Shown in pieces: positions 15,448 through 29,848 of a stretch of DNA of 64,000 nt (position 1 is its first letter; the number at the start of each line of letters is the position of its first letter). Made by a program: the position numbers and the translations under genes. The DNA is taken from assembly GCF_009914755.1 (NCBI RefSeq), contig NC_060929.1. The stretch is one strand, 5' to 3'. The notes under the pieces were generated by a model that was not told the DNA's origin, made no database searches, and saw only the letters and a list, made by a program, of their open reading frames with translations. This DNA comes from the human T2T-CHM13v2.0 reference genome, Homo sapiens.

Positions 15448-15462
<15 letters not shown>
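15165..15462 (+). mobile_element. Alu (AluSp-like)
   Basis: Diagnostic ctgaccaacgtggagaaaccc and aacaagagcgaaactccgtct. Confidence 0.92.

Positions 15463-15508
<46 letters not shown>
15463..15508. repeat. Perfect (AT)23 microsatellite at Alu tail
   Basis: 46 nt of uninterrupted AT directly after the poly(A). Confidence 0.95.
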
Positions 15509-15512
<4 letters not shown>

Positions 15513-17659
15513 GTGCATTGCATTTAACCATTATAAATGTGTGTTTATTGAGTCATAATATAAAAAGTATTTCTTACTCTATGTTGAAGTTAAAATGTGT
15601 GTTTATCTAGGAGAAGAGGTTTTTGGGCAGAATGAACACCAGGTGAAAAGGTTGTGGGAAAGAAAGCGGTTTGGAGTGTTAGAGGACAGGAAGGAGATCC
15701 AGCAGTTACTCATGTCACCATGCTGGAGCATGGTGACAGTGGGTTAGGATGGGAGGAGGTGAGGCTGGAGGGTTGGGCAGATTATTACACAGGGTCTTGC
15801 AGACCATGGTAGAGGCCATGAGAAGTCCTTGAAGGGGACCATGAGACCATCTGATTTAGATTTTAAGGAAGATATTCTGGCTCCTGTGTGCAGAGTGGAT
15901 TGGGGCAGAGGGAGAGAATGAAGACAGAGAGACCAGTTAGGAGAGAAGTGTAGTAGCCCAGAGATGATGTGGCTGGTTTAGGGTAGAGCAGGAAGTGAGA
16001 CCCCTGTGTTCTGAAGTGCCTGGTGACAGCAACCACCGACATGCACGGGACACTTTCCAGTTTTCAAATGGTTTACATCATTTGGCCCATTTTCTCTTGG
16101 AAACACTCTACTCAGAAGCAAGGGCTGATATTATCTCCATCTTCTAAAGAAGATCAATGACTTGAGCAGGTCTCACCAGCTAGGACATTGTAGCATTGGA
16201 GCTTGCACTTGGGCAGCTCTCTGATGTGGGAGTCAATTCTGTTTTCCTTATAGGGATTTCCTTCTGGATCCTTCTTCTCTGCCTTTGCAGATTTTCAGAA
16301 TGATTTCTCCTGTTTTCCCCCTCCACTTGCAGTGTCAGTTGGCAAGCCCAGGCAGAGAGAAGCTTTGAGGTGTGTGGGGTGGTTGGGAGTAGATGCATCT
16401 CTCCGTGTAAGCGTGTTGGATTTGCGCTACAAGAAGATCAAAGGCTACAGGAACACATGGGGCTTAGCCGCAGGAGCCCAGTTGGAAGGCGTATCAGCCC
16501 AGTTGTCTAAGCAGCCACACGATGCAGGGGGTGGTGGTGGTGAGAAGCAGGACCTTCTGAAACCTGTCTCCAAGTAAAGATTCATCAGTGCTCAGATATC
16601 TCCTTTCCCTGATTGGAAGTCTTAGAAAATGCCCCCAGTCTTAGCCTTTCAGATTGGTTTGATCCAGCAGTTACTCAGCAGACTGGCTTTTGAGTATGAG
16701 AATGTCCATTGCTGTGGGAGGAAGTTGCTAGCATGAGAGACTTGAATATATTCTTTCGGGGTGTTTTATAACATAATGTGTTTTACCAGAGCTTGTAGTT
16801 TTCTCTTAACTTACTTATTTGACTAATGTCTGTTTTCTTTACTATGCTGTAAGTTCTATGAAGGAAGTTTCTTTTTCTCATGATGGTGGAATGGATGGAT
16901 GATTTGCTAAGCTCTTAAGATGTCAAGTAGCATATTGTATTTGGTATAATGGAAGTAGGGGTCTGTTCCAAGTTTCTTCTGTAGGAATGTTGACAAAGGA
17001 ACACTGAAAGAAATATGCCTTTGGGAGCTGTGTCTTAGTAAAGGGTGTTATAGAACGGTTTCTGACTGTGTCATTTCTAAGGAAAACAGTGTTTTGTTTC
17101 TTACTAGCAGGATATTCATTTATATTAAAAATATATATTCACTTTAGTGTTTTGTCATTGAAATATGCTTTCAGTGTAATTATCTGCTTTGAAGGAATGA
17201 TTTGACACACATTATGGAAAGGTTTAGAGCTTTATAGTGAGAGTTGAGGTACTTCCCAGCATAGCATCTTGCAACTCCATACGTGGAGTTTCTCCCTGGG
17301 TGCCAGATCCCAGATCAGTGGTTCAATTGTACCCGCTCGTGGGCCTGTCCTGGACACACACCTGCACAGAGGGAGAAGTGAAATTGAGAGGGAGTGTTGA
17401 AATTTCCCTGCTTGGAGTAAACTGTTGTTCTTATCACAAAGGAAGTATTTGGGACTTCTGTGAACATGGCCCATGGCCTTTTCTGAGATTCCCTGCCCTC
17501 TGACAGCTTGTTTTGTGTATTGGAAAGGTCTAGATGAGGATGGCTCTGCAGGAATTTCTTTTTCACTGTAAGAATCTGTCTCCCATGGAACCCAGGTTGT
17601 CCCAGGGTATGGGGAGACAGTGGAGACTGGTGGTTTCAGGATGATCCAAGGGCCTTGGG

Positions 17660-17900
17660 GGCAGATCCACCAGGACAGAAATCCCAGCTCTGCCGTATAC
17701 TAGCTGTGTCACCTTAGTCAAGTTCCTTAATGGCAATGGATTATATTTTCTTCCTGTATGTTAGAGATACAGATAATATCTCTTTTCTAGGAATTTAGTG
17801 AAGATTAAATAATTAAAATTAATGAGGATTAAATAAGGTAATGTATGTACAGCTATGGGCATGATTCCTGGCACAAAGTTAGTGCTTAGGTAACCATTAT
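17660..17900 (+). mobile_element. MIR SINE
   Basis: aaatcccagctctgccgtatactagctgtgtcaccttagtcaagttccttaa...gaggattaaataaggtaatg. Confidence 0.7.
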
Positions 17901-17994
17901 CATTATTCTTATTTCTGTTTGGTTTGTTGATTACTTTTAACATGTGACATACTATTTGGGCTAATATGACGTCTGTTTGGCTCACCCACTTACC

Positions 17995-19291
<1,297 letters not shown>

Positions 19292-19548
19292 TTACCTTTT
19301 TAAACCAATAATCTCATTAGAAAGCTTTTTTTTTGTTTTAAAAAAATATGTATTTAAGTTGTATAATATGATGTTTCAGTATATTTTTGCATAGTGAAAT
19401 AGTTACTATAGTTATTCTTCTTCTGTGTAATGCTATTTGATTTGTTTTTGAAAATTATCTCCCGAGATTTTTTTTTTCTGACCTGCTTTCGGAATGCTAT
19501 CCTTGGGTAGTGACTTGATTTTTCTCTTAAATTCCATCTTGTTTGTAG

Positions 19549-19659
19549 GCAGACAGCCAAGTGGACCTGGTCCGGCAGCATTTCTATGAAGTATCCCTGG
19601 AATATGTCTTCAAGGTGCAGGAAGTCCAAGAGAGAAAGATGTTTGAGTTTGTGGAGCCT
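19549..19659 (+). CDS. ARHGAP26: ARHGAP26 coding exon (exon 6), BAR domain, 111 nt, phase 0-0
   Basis: tttgtAG|GCAGAC...GAGCCT|GTaagt; encodes [37 protein letters not shown]. Confidence 0.97.
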
Positions 19660-20523
19660 GTAAGTAGATATTCAGGGTTTAATGATGTACCCATATATTC
19701 ATCCCTCATTCTAACTAGTAGTAGATTACAAAATGCTCTAAGTTGTTGATGAAGAGGTTGAGCAGCCCTGACACTGTCCCTTCTGTAAGTATCAGTGCTT
19801 TGCGAGCCTGGCTGCCTTGGATTCTTCCCAGCAGCCATTCCTGTACAACACATAGCAATGGAGATAGAGCGTCCAGCAGTCATTCCTTCCTCTGGCTACC
19901 CAATGATGTGCCATATGATTTTCAGGTGGACAGAGTGGAAATGGGAGTCCAGAGGGGAGGGGTTCTCTATCTTGCCATGAAATAGTGATTATACCTTAAC
20001 TTCCCTCCTCTCTCCTACCCTTCTTCTCTTCCTCAAATAATTCAGATGTAGTAGTCACCCAAAGACATAGTACATTTCTCTTTTTACCCTGTGGTTCAAA
20101 GCCCCTTCTCACCCCATTCAGGTATTAAAAGATGCTATATAAAGTTTCTCACATGGATTTCCCACATGGATTTGTTATAAACAGAACAGCATAGAGACTC
20201 TGCTGAGTGGACCATGATGGAATTTGGACTTGGACACTGTCCCAGTGAACATGAAGATTGCATTGTGGGAAAAAGCCTGACTTTAGTTTAGGCCACACCA
20301 GCATGGTTGTGGTTTCATTTGGACATGGTGCCACTCCACTTTGCTGGGTGTGGCACTGGTGTGGAGAATCCACAGCAGGAAGACTTCATGGAAACACCAA
20401 AATAGTATATGGACCTCAATTTAAAACTCTCGCAGACCATGGATTTTCCAGCCAAAATGCAGCCTCTGATTTAGACTCAAGCATGGCATCTCTGTACAAA
20501 TAAGATTCTCTACCTAGATTTAA

Positions 20524-20838
<315 letters not shown>

Positions 20839-21014
20839 CCAAGAAAGGAGACTTTTCTTAAGCAAATAAGAATAAAACTGTAAGAAACTGAAAGGAGTGG
20901 CCACTCTTTCTAGTAAAGAGCATTGTGTACCCCATGTCTAATTTATAAACTTTTGGGGTGGATTTTTTTAGGCATGTAGACTTGCTGGTAGTTTCATCAA
21001 GACTCCAATTGGTG

Positions 21015-21152
21015 GCCAGGCACAGTGGCTCATGCCTGTAATCCTAGCACTTTGAGAGGCTGAGGCAGGAAGATCACTTGAGACCAAGAGTTTGAGATCA
21101 GCCTGGGCAACTGGGCAACATAGTGAGACTCCATCTCTTAAAAACAAAAAAA
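21015..21152 (+). mobile_element. Alu left monomer (FLAM-like)
   Basis: ggccaggcacagtggctcatgcc...gagactccatctct then A-tail; internal ctgggcaa duplication. Confidence 0.85.
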
Positions 21153-22009
21153 GATTACAATCGGCTTTGGAACCTTATGTCTACATCTTTTACTATGCTA
21201 GAACTATAATTTCTGGATACCACTCCCAGCTACCTCATTTGGCAGATTCCTTAAAGTCGTCAATTACTTCAGTCTCCATATATGAATATTAAAACCTTAG
21301 ACCTAACTTCCAGCAGTGTGGTTTCAGTCAAGGTCCCAAGTCAAAAATCCCCATCTTTCCACAGGGTCTGTTAGGTGTGAGCAGCTATCTGTCAGATAAA
21401 GCAGCCTTATTGATTTTCCTGCTTAAAGCACAAACTGGCCTTTCAAGCAAAGGTTTACTGAAGACTTGCTTCCTGTGGTCAGGGCAGGAATGCAAATGCT
21501 GTCACATAGAATTTGCCTTTAGCATTATTTTTATTTGCTTTTGCCAGACTTTCTAGAGAAAAAGAACAGTGCATTTCTAATAATCTTTATATATACTTCG
21601 ATTAATATTATTCCAAATTTGCTTGCTTTTGATGAGTTTTTTTTGTAATTGGCCCATCCAACTTTTTTGAGGTGAGTGTTTTGTTATCCACTTTGATCTC
21701 TCAGTAGGCGTACCTAGTGAGTCAGGTATTTTATCTGTTGGCTTTTGCTGAATGGTATCCACAAAACCTCATACAACAATAGATGTTTACTTCTCACACA
21801 TCTGTGAGGTTCAGCCAGCTTAGGCTTGGCTCAGCTGGATAGCTTTGCTGATCTAAATGGGTTTTCCTCCTCCTTCTTCTCCTTCTTTTGTCTCTCCTCC
21901 CCCTCTTCCTTCCTTCTTTCTTGAGAAAAGAAATCTCTAAAGATTTACCATTCCATTTCCTGGCATCCTGTTGTAGTGTGTCCATGTCTTAGGGAGTTTT
22001 CACTTTAAG

Positions 22010-22250
22010 AAGCAGTAGCATCATGGTTAAGGATTCTAGAGCTAGACTCCCTGAATTTAAATCCCAGCCTAGCCATTTACTAGCTGTGTGTTCTTGGGCA
22101 AGTTATTTCTCTGAGCCTTACTTTCCCCATCTGCAGAATGGGGATAGTAATATCACCTACTTTATAAAGTTGTATGAGGATTGACTGAGTGTTTATCCAT
22201 GTGAGGTGCTTAGAACAGAACCTGATTAGAACCAAATAAAAACTTAGCAA
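22010..22250 (+). mobile_element. MIR SINE
   Basis: ccatttactagctgtgtgttcttgggcaagttatttctctgagcc...aatggggatagtaata. Confidence 0.85.
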
Positions 22251-22801
22251 TTATTATTTTTTATTTATGAGCAAACGAGTGAAGTACCAATATTAACAGG
22301 GCCTACCTGTTTTAATATAAACAGTTTTGGTAGCTTTAAAAGTATGTATTTATTGAATACCGTAGAAAATGCTGAAAACCCAGGTGCTGTGGCTGAGGCA
22401 TTCACAGCCTCACTGGGGTAAGCAAGATGTGTGTAGTAGAGAGCTAGTCAAGATAGCAAGCAGTTCAGTGACAGCTTGGACAGGATGGATGCTATAGATG
22501 TGCCAGAGGGATTTAAAAGTATAACCATCGTAGTGTGCAGATGTTTTTCAGTTCATACAGTGAGAAACCTGGAGAGCTAATGAAAAGAAATTTTCAGTCT
22601 CATGTTAGGACAAAGATAGTAATAGGGATTTGCCCAAAGTTAAACTAAATGCTGAGAGGCTGGATATAGGATTCAGATGTTTGGCCTTTGCTTTTCTACA
22701 GAAGTTATTGTCTCTGCACATCAGCTTCTAGGCAGGTCAGTGGCTTCAGGAGCTGGGGATGGGGAGAAGGTATTCATACAGTGAAAAAGCTACTGATGAG
22801 A

Positions 22802-22940
22802 TCAGTGATTCTCAGTGTTAGACATGCACATTCTCAGGCTTCACTCCAGACCTGAAATTTAAGGGAGGGGCCCAGTAGCCTGTAGTTTAGTAAACCTTCC
22901 CCGTGATTCAGCTGCACATTTCAGTTTGAGCCACTGGCCT
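22802..22940. mobile_element. MER5-type hAT MITE
   Basis: cagtgattctca...gtgattcagctgcacatttcagtttgagccactg. Confidence 0.6.
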
Positions 22941-23451
22941 AGATTATACAAAGGAAGAACATGAAATAACAATTGATGATATTATCTGAAACTGTCGTGT
23001 ACCGTGCTAAGCGCTTTACCTACAGTATGTCAGTCAAACCTTATAACATCTCTGAGGGTAAGTACTGTTTTTATCCCAATTTTCAGATGAAGAAATTGAA
23101 ACAAATAAGTTTCTTTACCTGTCCAACATCATATCTAGTAAATAGCAGAGCTGGAAGGGTCTGACTTTTCATCTCCATGAAATAGCATTTGATTGCTTAC
23201 AGGTGGGAAAGAAACCAGCAAGAAGTCTATTGAACTAAATTGCTGGAGTGGGTATTCATATTTGAGTTGGTTACAGTCAAGGGAATCTTCCAGTCATGTA
23301 AGGGACCTCTATGCAAATCGACCGTGTTCATTTGTTTCTTGAAAGTAACTTCAAGTACCAGGATATTATTGACCTTCAGAAAAAGAAACAGTTGTAGTAT
23401 TCCCAAGGAAGAAAAATCAGACTTCTGGGATCTAAATCAGATCTTTTGGGA

Positions 23452-23570
23452 TATATATGTGTGTATATATATATACACACACACATACACACACACACAC
23501 ACATATATACACACACATACATATACATATATACGTATGTGCATATATATATGTATATGTATGTATATAT
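23452..23570. repeat. Compound (TA)/(CA)/(TG) microsatellite
   Basis: About 120 nt of alternating purine-pyrimidine sequence. Confidence 0.9.
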
Positions 23571-24159
23571 TTGCACTGGAAGCTTTAATTTTCTTGTCAC
23601 AGTACTAAATGTTCTTGAGATTTGGATTGCAGATAATGACATATTGACTCCATGAAGGTGAAGCCACATTCCCTCTGTTGCCTGAGTTTTCGTAATTGAA
23701 GGTTGGCTAGTGCCCCAGAGAACTCATTCTCCATGTTCATTAGGCCTGCATCCTCCGAGTTTTCCATCCTGAATATTTCTTGGTGCAGTGTCTCTTCCTC
23801 TCCTTTCCCTCTGCTTCTGTCCCATTGCAGGCCTTCATTCTTTTCTCTGGACTTTGCATTCTGCCTTGGGCCTCCCCGTTCTCCAGTCTGGCCTGGACCA
23901 GAATGCACCTTCTAACACGTCAGTCTGATTCTCTCTCTCTCTCTTTTGCCAAGAAGCTCCTGACAGCACTCCTGTGCTAAGCCCATTACATGGATGATCT
24001 GAATTAATCTTCACTGCAACTCTGTGCAATAGTAAAAACCACTGTTATCCTCTTGTCAAAGATGAGTTAAAGGGAGTTATGTGGCTTAGCCCCCTCAGCT
24101 TTTCATCACTCTACTAGCTGCCCTTCTCTTTGTTGCCTGTGCGGATGATTCTTGGTAGC

Positions 24160-24603
24160 TGTATTAGTTTGCTAGGGCTGCTGTAACAAAGTACCACAAA
24201 TTGGGTGTCTTAGAACAACAGAAATCTGTTGTCTCACAGTTCTAAAGCCTAGAAGTCTGAAGTCAAGGTTTTGGCACCAAGATCCCTCTGAAACCTGCAG
24301 TGAAAGGTGACTTCCTTTCCTCCTAGCTTCCCGTGGCTTGTGATCATGTTTGGCATTTCTTGGCTTATAGATGCCTCCCTCCAGTCCTTCATCCTCACAT
24401 GGCCATGCTTGTCTGTGTGTCCACATTTTCACCTTTCTAAGGACACCAGCTATGGCATCTTTGTAAAAGTACTAGGGCCCACCCTAATGTCCTCATTTAA
24501 CTTGATTACCCATGTAAAGACCCTATTTCCAAGTGAAATCACCTTCAGAGGTATTAGGACTTCAACATATCTTTTTTTGGGGGACACAATTTAACCCAGT
24601 AAA
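24160..24603 (-). mobile_element. MaLR solo LTR (MLT1B/C-like)
   Basis: tgtattagtttgctagggctgctgtaacaaagtaccaca...ggggacacaatttaaccc. Confidence 0.85.
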
Positions 24604-26894
24604 GTAGGTCTGTTCTATGAATGGTGACAATCCAGAGTGATGCAGCCAGCATTAACTTGGGCAATTAGATTTTTGCTTTTTAAAATGAAAAAAATAAATT
24701 ATGTTGTCAGCTAGGAAGTAGGAATAGGTTTTGCTTATGGTTATTCTTTTAGGATAACAAGGATAGAGAAGGAGGCACAGGGAGGCGGGAAAGATCTTTC
24801 CTATGTCAGGCTGTGATGTTGTGGTTGCCCCGTGGACAGCTGACCCCTCTTATTTGATAACCAGGTGGGACTGCAGCAAGCTCTTCCTCCTAGTGTTTGG
24901 GTAGAAGCATTTCTTTGAAGCAGACAGCTCCCCCATCTCTGGAGTCCCGTGGGCTTCATCCTGCCCCCTGAGGAGTGGACTTTCATTTCCCACTTTGTAA
25001 TACTTCAAAGGTTCATATAGTGTTGGGGGTGGGGGAGAGAAAAGGTGCTGGGAGGAGAGAAGCAAGGGGGAAGTGGGCCAAAAATAGCAATATGTTAAGG
25101 AGTCATTTCCCATAAAAAAATGGACAATCAAGGCATGAGACTAAAGGAGGAAAAACAAAATAAATATTAGTAACTCCCTGCCTTTGGGGAGCACTTGCGG
25201 GTATGCCCAGGTGGCATCTTAGTGAGCTGTTTGAGAATATTTAATTACCCCGAGCAAGAGAGGCTCTGTTTACTATGAGTGAAGGATAAATCATAGTTAA
25301 TAGGAGGAATGACCTTGGAATTAACTGCTTATCTTCTGCGTTATTCTCAAGTCAGGGGTAGTGTCATGCCTTGGAAAGGCGATGGGGCAGGGCATTTGCA
25401 GATAGCAGGGAGAGCAGAGTTAAGAAGAGGCAAAACAGTTTTCACTGTGAATGCTGGGACTCGGTTTGGCAGAGGAGCCTCCTCTCCTCTGTTATTGGAG
25501 CCATCTAAAAGGAAAGGTATGGGTCTTCCTCTCAGAAAAGTATTTTGTATAGAATAAGCCCAAAGCCTTCGGCCGTCTTTGAAGAAAAACATTCATTATC
25601 AGTCTCTAGTGACTCCATGGGGCTTACCACTCATTCACGGATTTATGTTAGGGGTCTGTATATGGTGCCACTGGATAGTTTTATAGCCAGAGGACCCAGC
25701 AATGCCTACTCTCCCACCACCCATGAGAATCTAAGGGGATAGATGGGCCGGGGACAGTGGCAATGGGAAGTTAAGGGCCATATTGTCATAATCTGGGTTT
25801 TATCTTCACAGGGCCCAGATCTTTGATTAAACTGGGCTGGCCTGCCCTCTGAGTTTAGGTCCAGTGCTATATACTTTTGTGCTTACTATTCCTGCTGCAA
25901 ACAAGGTGGGAGAGTAGGGGGAGGGGGGGCGGGATGAGATTCCTTTACCGTCACTTATTATAGCTGCCTCTCAGAAAAGGAGAGTTAGTTAGGTGAAAAT
26001 AAGTGGGATGGGATTATGTTTAGTAAGTAAAGTAAATTTTTTTTTTACATAATAAGTAATGTTTAACAGGTTAAAAAAAAATCATTTAGGGACTGAAAAT
26101 CTGAAGACCACAATGTAAAATAAAGCAAATGTGTCTTGGAATAAGGTGGTATGGCAGGTCAGGGAGGTCAGAGTGGACCCCTCAGAAAATGTGGGTCAGC
26201 CTTCAGAAGCCGAAGTTAATGGGATAGTCCCCAAATACCATGGAGCTGTGCTTTGTGATAGAGGTGAGGCACTGGTCTTTCCTAAATCTCGTTCGGGCTT
26301 TTATTATAATCCTTTCTTCAGGTTGAAGTTTAGAACTGAGGGAAGATGTGTAGAACTTGAGAAGGGGCCAGGAAAGCATAACAACAGTGAGGTTTGGATG
26401 TAAGCTCCGAGAGGAAAGACCACAGGAATGCTGTTTGTTTAGTTTGGATAAATGAAGGCTGGTAGGGGCTCAGGGAGGGGACATTAATAGTTTTTAAGTA
26501 TATGAAGCCGTGTGGTGAGCATTGTGGTGAACAGATGTTTTTACCATTCACTAAAGACAAGACTAAACAATGAAACGGGCTTACCTTTTAGCCTGAGGGA
26601 TTTAATTGAGAATTTAGGGAAACCACCATAAGTGAAAATGTGGGAATATGGAAATATTTTAATAAAGGAATCCATAGTGTTTACTTTTGAGTAGTTTGGG
26701 GAAAGCACGGAAACACACTTCAGTTGGATGATTTTCTTTGATTTGACTTTGCCTGTTAGACTGTAGACTCAGGACACCCCACTTCCTTTTCTGCCTTCCT
26801 CTTCTGTGTAATAACCTGATACTACAAATGTACTAGAGGGAAACTGAGTCAGAACCCTGGTCTTTGGTTTCTGAGGAAATGATGTTCTCAGCAG

Positions 26895-27140
26895 GTGGTG
26901 AGGCCCACAGGGCAAGGGCATGGGTGTTGATGCCAAGGAGACCTGGTTTCAAGTTCTGGCTGCCACTTACTGTGTGTTTTGGGGCAAGTTTCTTAACCTC
27001 TCTGAACCTGCTTCCTCATTATTAAAATGGGGATAACAGTAGTGCTTAGGTCATGGGATGTTGTGAGTACTCACCCAGGGCATGGAAGGGCATAGTGCCT
27101 GGCACACAATTGGTGCTCTTTAAATGTCAGCCATTATTAT
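26895..27140 (+). mobile_element. MIR SINE
   Basis: ctgccacttactgtgtgttttggggcaagtttcttaacctctctgaacc...aaaatggggataac. Confidence 0.85.
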
Positions 27141-27245
27141 TCTTTATTTTAGACTTTCAAGCCAGTGTTGGGAGCTCAGATACAGCTACATAATACCTCT
27201 TTTCAACCTGGTTATGTGACCTTTGCCTTTCTTCCTTCATTACAG

Positions 27246-27350
27246 CTGCTGGCCTTCCTGCAAGGACTCTTCACTTTCTATCACCATGGTTACGAACTGG
27301 CCAAGGATTTCGGGGACTTCAAGACACAGTTAACCATTAGCATACAGAAC
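27246..27350 (+). CDS. ARHGAP26: ARHGAP26 coding exon (exon 7), BAR domain, 105 nt, phase 0-0
   Basis: ttcattacAG|CTGCTG...CAGAAC|GTgagt; encodes [35 protein letters not shown]. Confidence 0.97.
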
Positions 27351-28109
27351 GTGAGTGGGCATAGGGACAGGCTTCTTTTATCTGGTTAAGGAAAAACAAA
27401 ATATGGGCCTGATTGCCCTAGAAACCATCCAGGTGGCTTGGAATGTAGGTGAGGAGGGTGGGTCTTGCTTGGGTTCAGAGGGAAACTAGGGGCAGGCGTT
27501 TCTAGAGTGCTTGGTGGTTCTGAGTTAGACCATCATCCTCTTCTCCATTATTTCAAAGCCCTATTTATGTTCTCGGAAGTGCTGCTGCTGGTTATGTTTC
27601 AAATTTGTAGCGTCTGTAGCATTGGAGTCAGGATTTCCTTTGGCGGTGGAAATCCCAGCCCAACCCAGCCTCCATTCTATGCATCTAGCTGCCTGACTAC
27701 ATGAGACCGTGTGGAGTGTGTGTTCTGGGAATGGGGGCTGGGGACACATGCTGGCCTCCAGCTCAAAGGATGTTCTCTTGTCCAACTCTTAGGAAGGCTG
27801 GCAGGAAATCCAAGTCCGTGCTTCGCTCCCAGTGTGGTCAGCATTCCCAAGGTTTAAACACAGGACCTTTTGGTGCACAGAATCCTGCGTAGGGCTTTTT
27901 GGTTAGCAGTCACTGGGGCTTGAGCCCCCTTCTTCACTGTGGGATTGGACCATGTTATTCTTCTTATTTTCTTTGTCTCTAGGTGATCTTGTGTCCATGT
28001 GGGTTGTACTGCATGGGTTTTAGAAGCCTGGAGGTTACATAGTAGTCAGTGTTGTCTCAGAGAACAGGAAGTTGCAGAATCTTGGAAAAGGTTTCACAAA
28101 GCATGGCTT

Positions 28110-28500
28110 CCCCTTAGGCCAGGTTTCTCAGAATGCAGGCTCTGAAATCGAGATTGACATGCAGTGGGCTTACTGGAGGTGGGGGCAATGCTGGTGAAAA
28201 CACCTGTGACAGAGTGAGGGCACCTGGACTCGCAGAGGGGGAAATAGAGCTGTGATGCAGATGCAGCAGAGGTCTCAGTGCAGGGGAGGCTCTGGAGCTG
28301 GGATGATCCTTCAAAGTCGCCCTGAATACAAGCAAGGGGGCCAGGCTTTCAACCCCCTTCTGCCTTTCCTCTAGCCTTGTCTAGTCATTGGGTGCAGGCT
28401 GACCTTGAGTGAAGGAACTCCCCTTTTAAGGAGGGACTCATCTGTGAGCCATCAGCAAGCAACATTCATGGCAGCTGGAGAAATGAACGCCTAGGTCCTT
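28110..28500. mobile_element. ERVL-type LTR remnant (LTR16-like)
   Basis: ttaggccaggtttctcagaatgcaggctctga... resembles LTR16-family ends; subfamily uncertain. Confidence 0.45.
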
Positions 28501-28504
28501 AAGT

Positions 28505-28680
28505 CATACAGGCCCCTAGAGCATCTGAATCAGAATCACCTGGGAGGCTTATCGTAAAACACACTTTTTGGCATCCAGAGGTGCTGAATTGATCTGTAGG
28601 AGTGAGGGCTGGGCATTTGCATTTTCTATAAGATCCCTAGGTGATTTTGATAGTCACTAGAGTTTGAGAGTCATTCTGGT
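28505..28680. mobile_element. MER5-type hAT MITE
   Basis: atcagaatcacctgggagg...tttgcattttctataagatccctaggtgatt...gtttgagagtcatt. Confidence 0.65.
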
Positions 28681-28850
28681 ATAGGACTTTAAGGCCAAAG
28701 TATACTTGTCATAAGGGAGTATTTGGCCAGTTCCTGGAAGGTTGAATGTCCTTTATCTCATTTTAGATCTAAGGATTCTATTAGGTTGATCTGGATTGTT
28801 AAAACAGATACTTTGTTTCTTTGATTTGAATAAAATTATTTTCATCCTAG

Positions 28851-28980
28851 ACAAGAAATCGCTTTGAAGGCACTAGATCAGAAGTGGAATCACTGATGAA
28901 AAAGATGAAGGAGAATCCCCTTGAGCACAAGACCATCAGTCCCTACACCATGGAGGGATACCTCTACGTGCAGGAGAAAC
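28851..28980 (+). CDS. ARHGAP26: ARHGAP26 coding exon (exon 8), end of BAR and start of PH, 130 nt
   Basis: ttcatcctAG|ACAAGA...GAGAAAC|GTgagt; encodes [43 protein letters not shown](R); EGYL is the typical PH first strand. Confidence 0.97.
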
Positions 28981-29520
28981 GTGAGTGCTTTGACTAGCAA
29001 CAGCTTGGGATGTACTCAGGCCTCTTACCTAGAAGGTGGAGGATGTATTCAGCAGTGCCTACCTTACTGTAGATACATGCTTGGATAACAAGAACAATTT
29101 TATAGTTCACCTTTCCAAAGAGAAAGATGATGTCCACAGAATCTTGTCTACCTTTGTTTTTCTTTATGAATGGGAATTCCTTTGGGAACCTGCAATTCTT
29201 TAAGGCTCTGTGGTTGCTCTTCTCTCTCTAATGTTACTCTACTCTTGGGGTTCCTGTACCCCTAGTCCAGCTTTATGTACCATACCCTGAGCATAGCAGC
29301 CTTGGAAAGGTCTTACATGCTAGGCCCCTGTTATCTATCAGCAGTGTATCCTTTGGTAGACTTAATACTTGGTGATTCTGTTTTCATTTGACATTGTTTC
29401 AGCAAGGCCCAAACAATCATGACTTAGGCCTTTTTCCTCTTCTCCTCAACTCATTTCATTCCAACACTTGAATTTTATGAAAAGTAGGAACAAAGGCTCA
29501 CTTCAAGAGCCAAGAAGAAG

Positions 29521-29848
29521 GCTGCATGCGGTGGCTCACGTCTGTAATCCCAGCACTTTTGGAGGCTGAGGTCGGTGGATTGCTTGAGCTCAGGAGTTCA
29601 AGACCAGCCTGGGCAACATAGTGAAACCCTGTCTCTACAAAAATACAAAAAGTAGCCAGGTGTGGTGGTGTGCACCTGTGGGCCCAGCTACTTGGGAGGC
29701 TGAGGTGGGAGGATTGCTTACCGGAGTGAGCCTGTTGAGGTTTATAAGAGCTCAGGAGGTGGAGGCTGCAGTGAGCTGAGATTGCCACCACTGTACTCCA
29801 GCCTGGGTGACAGAGCAAGACCCTGTCTCTTAAAAGAAAAAAAAAAAA
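29521..29848 (+). mobile_element. Alu (AluJ-like) carrying a 28-nt non-Alu insertion in the right arm
   Basis: Full dimer; TSD AAGAGCCAAGAA at 29505-29516 and 29847-29858; insert at 29720-29747. Confidence 0.93.

Noticed and set aside
25905-25935. G-quadruplex-like G runs
   Set aside because: Motif is present but common in human introns, with no supporting context
28829-28834. AATAAA in the exon 8 acceptor region as a poly(A) site
   Set aside because: Downstream sequence is purine-rich exon with no GU/U-rich element; expected by chance in AT-rich intron
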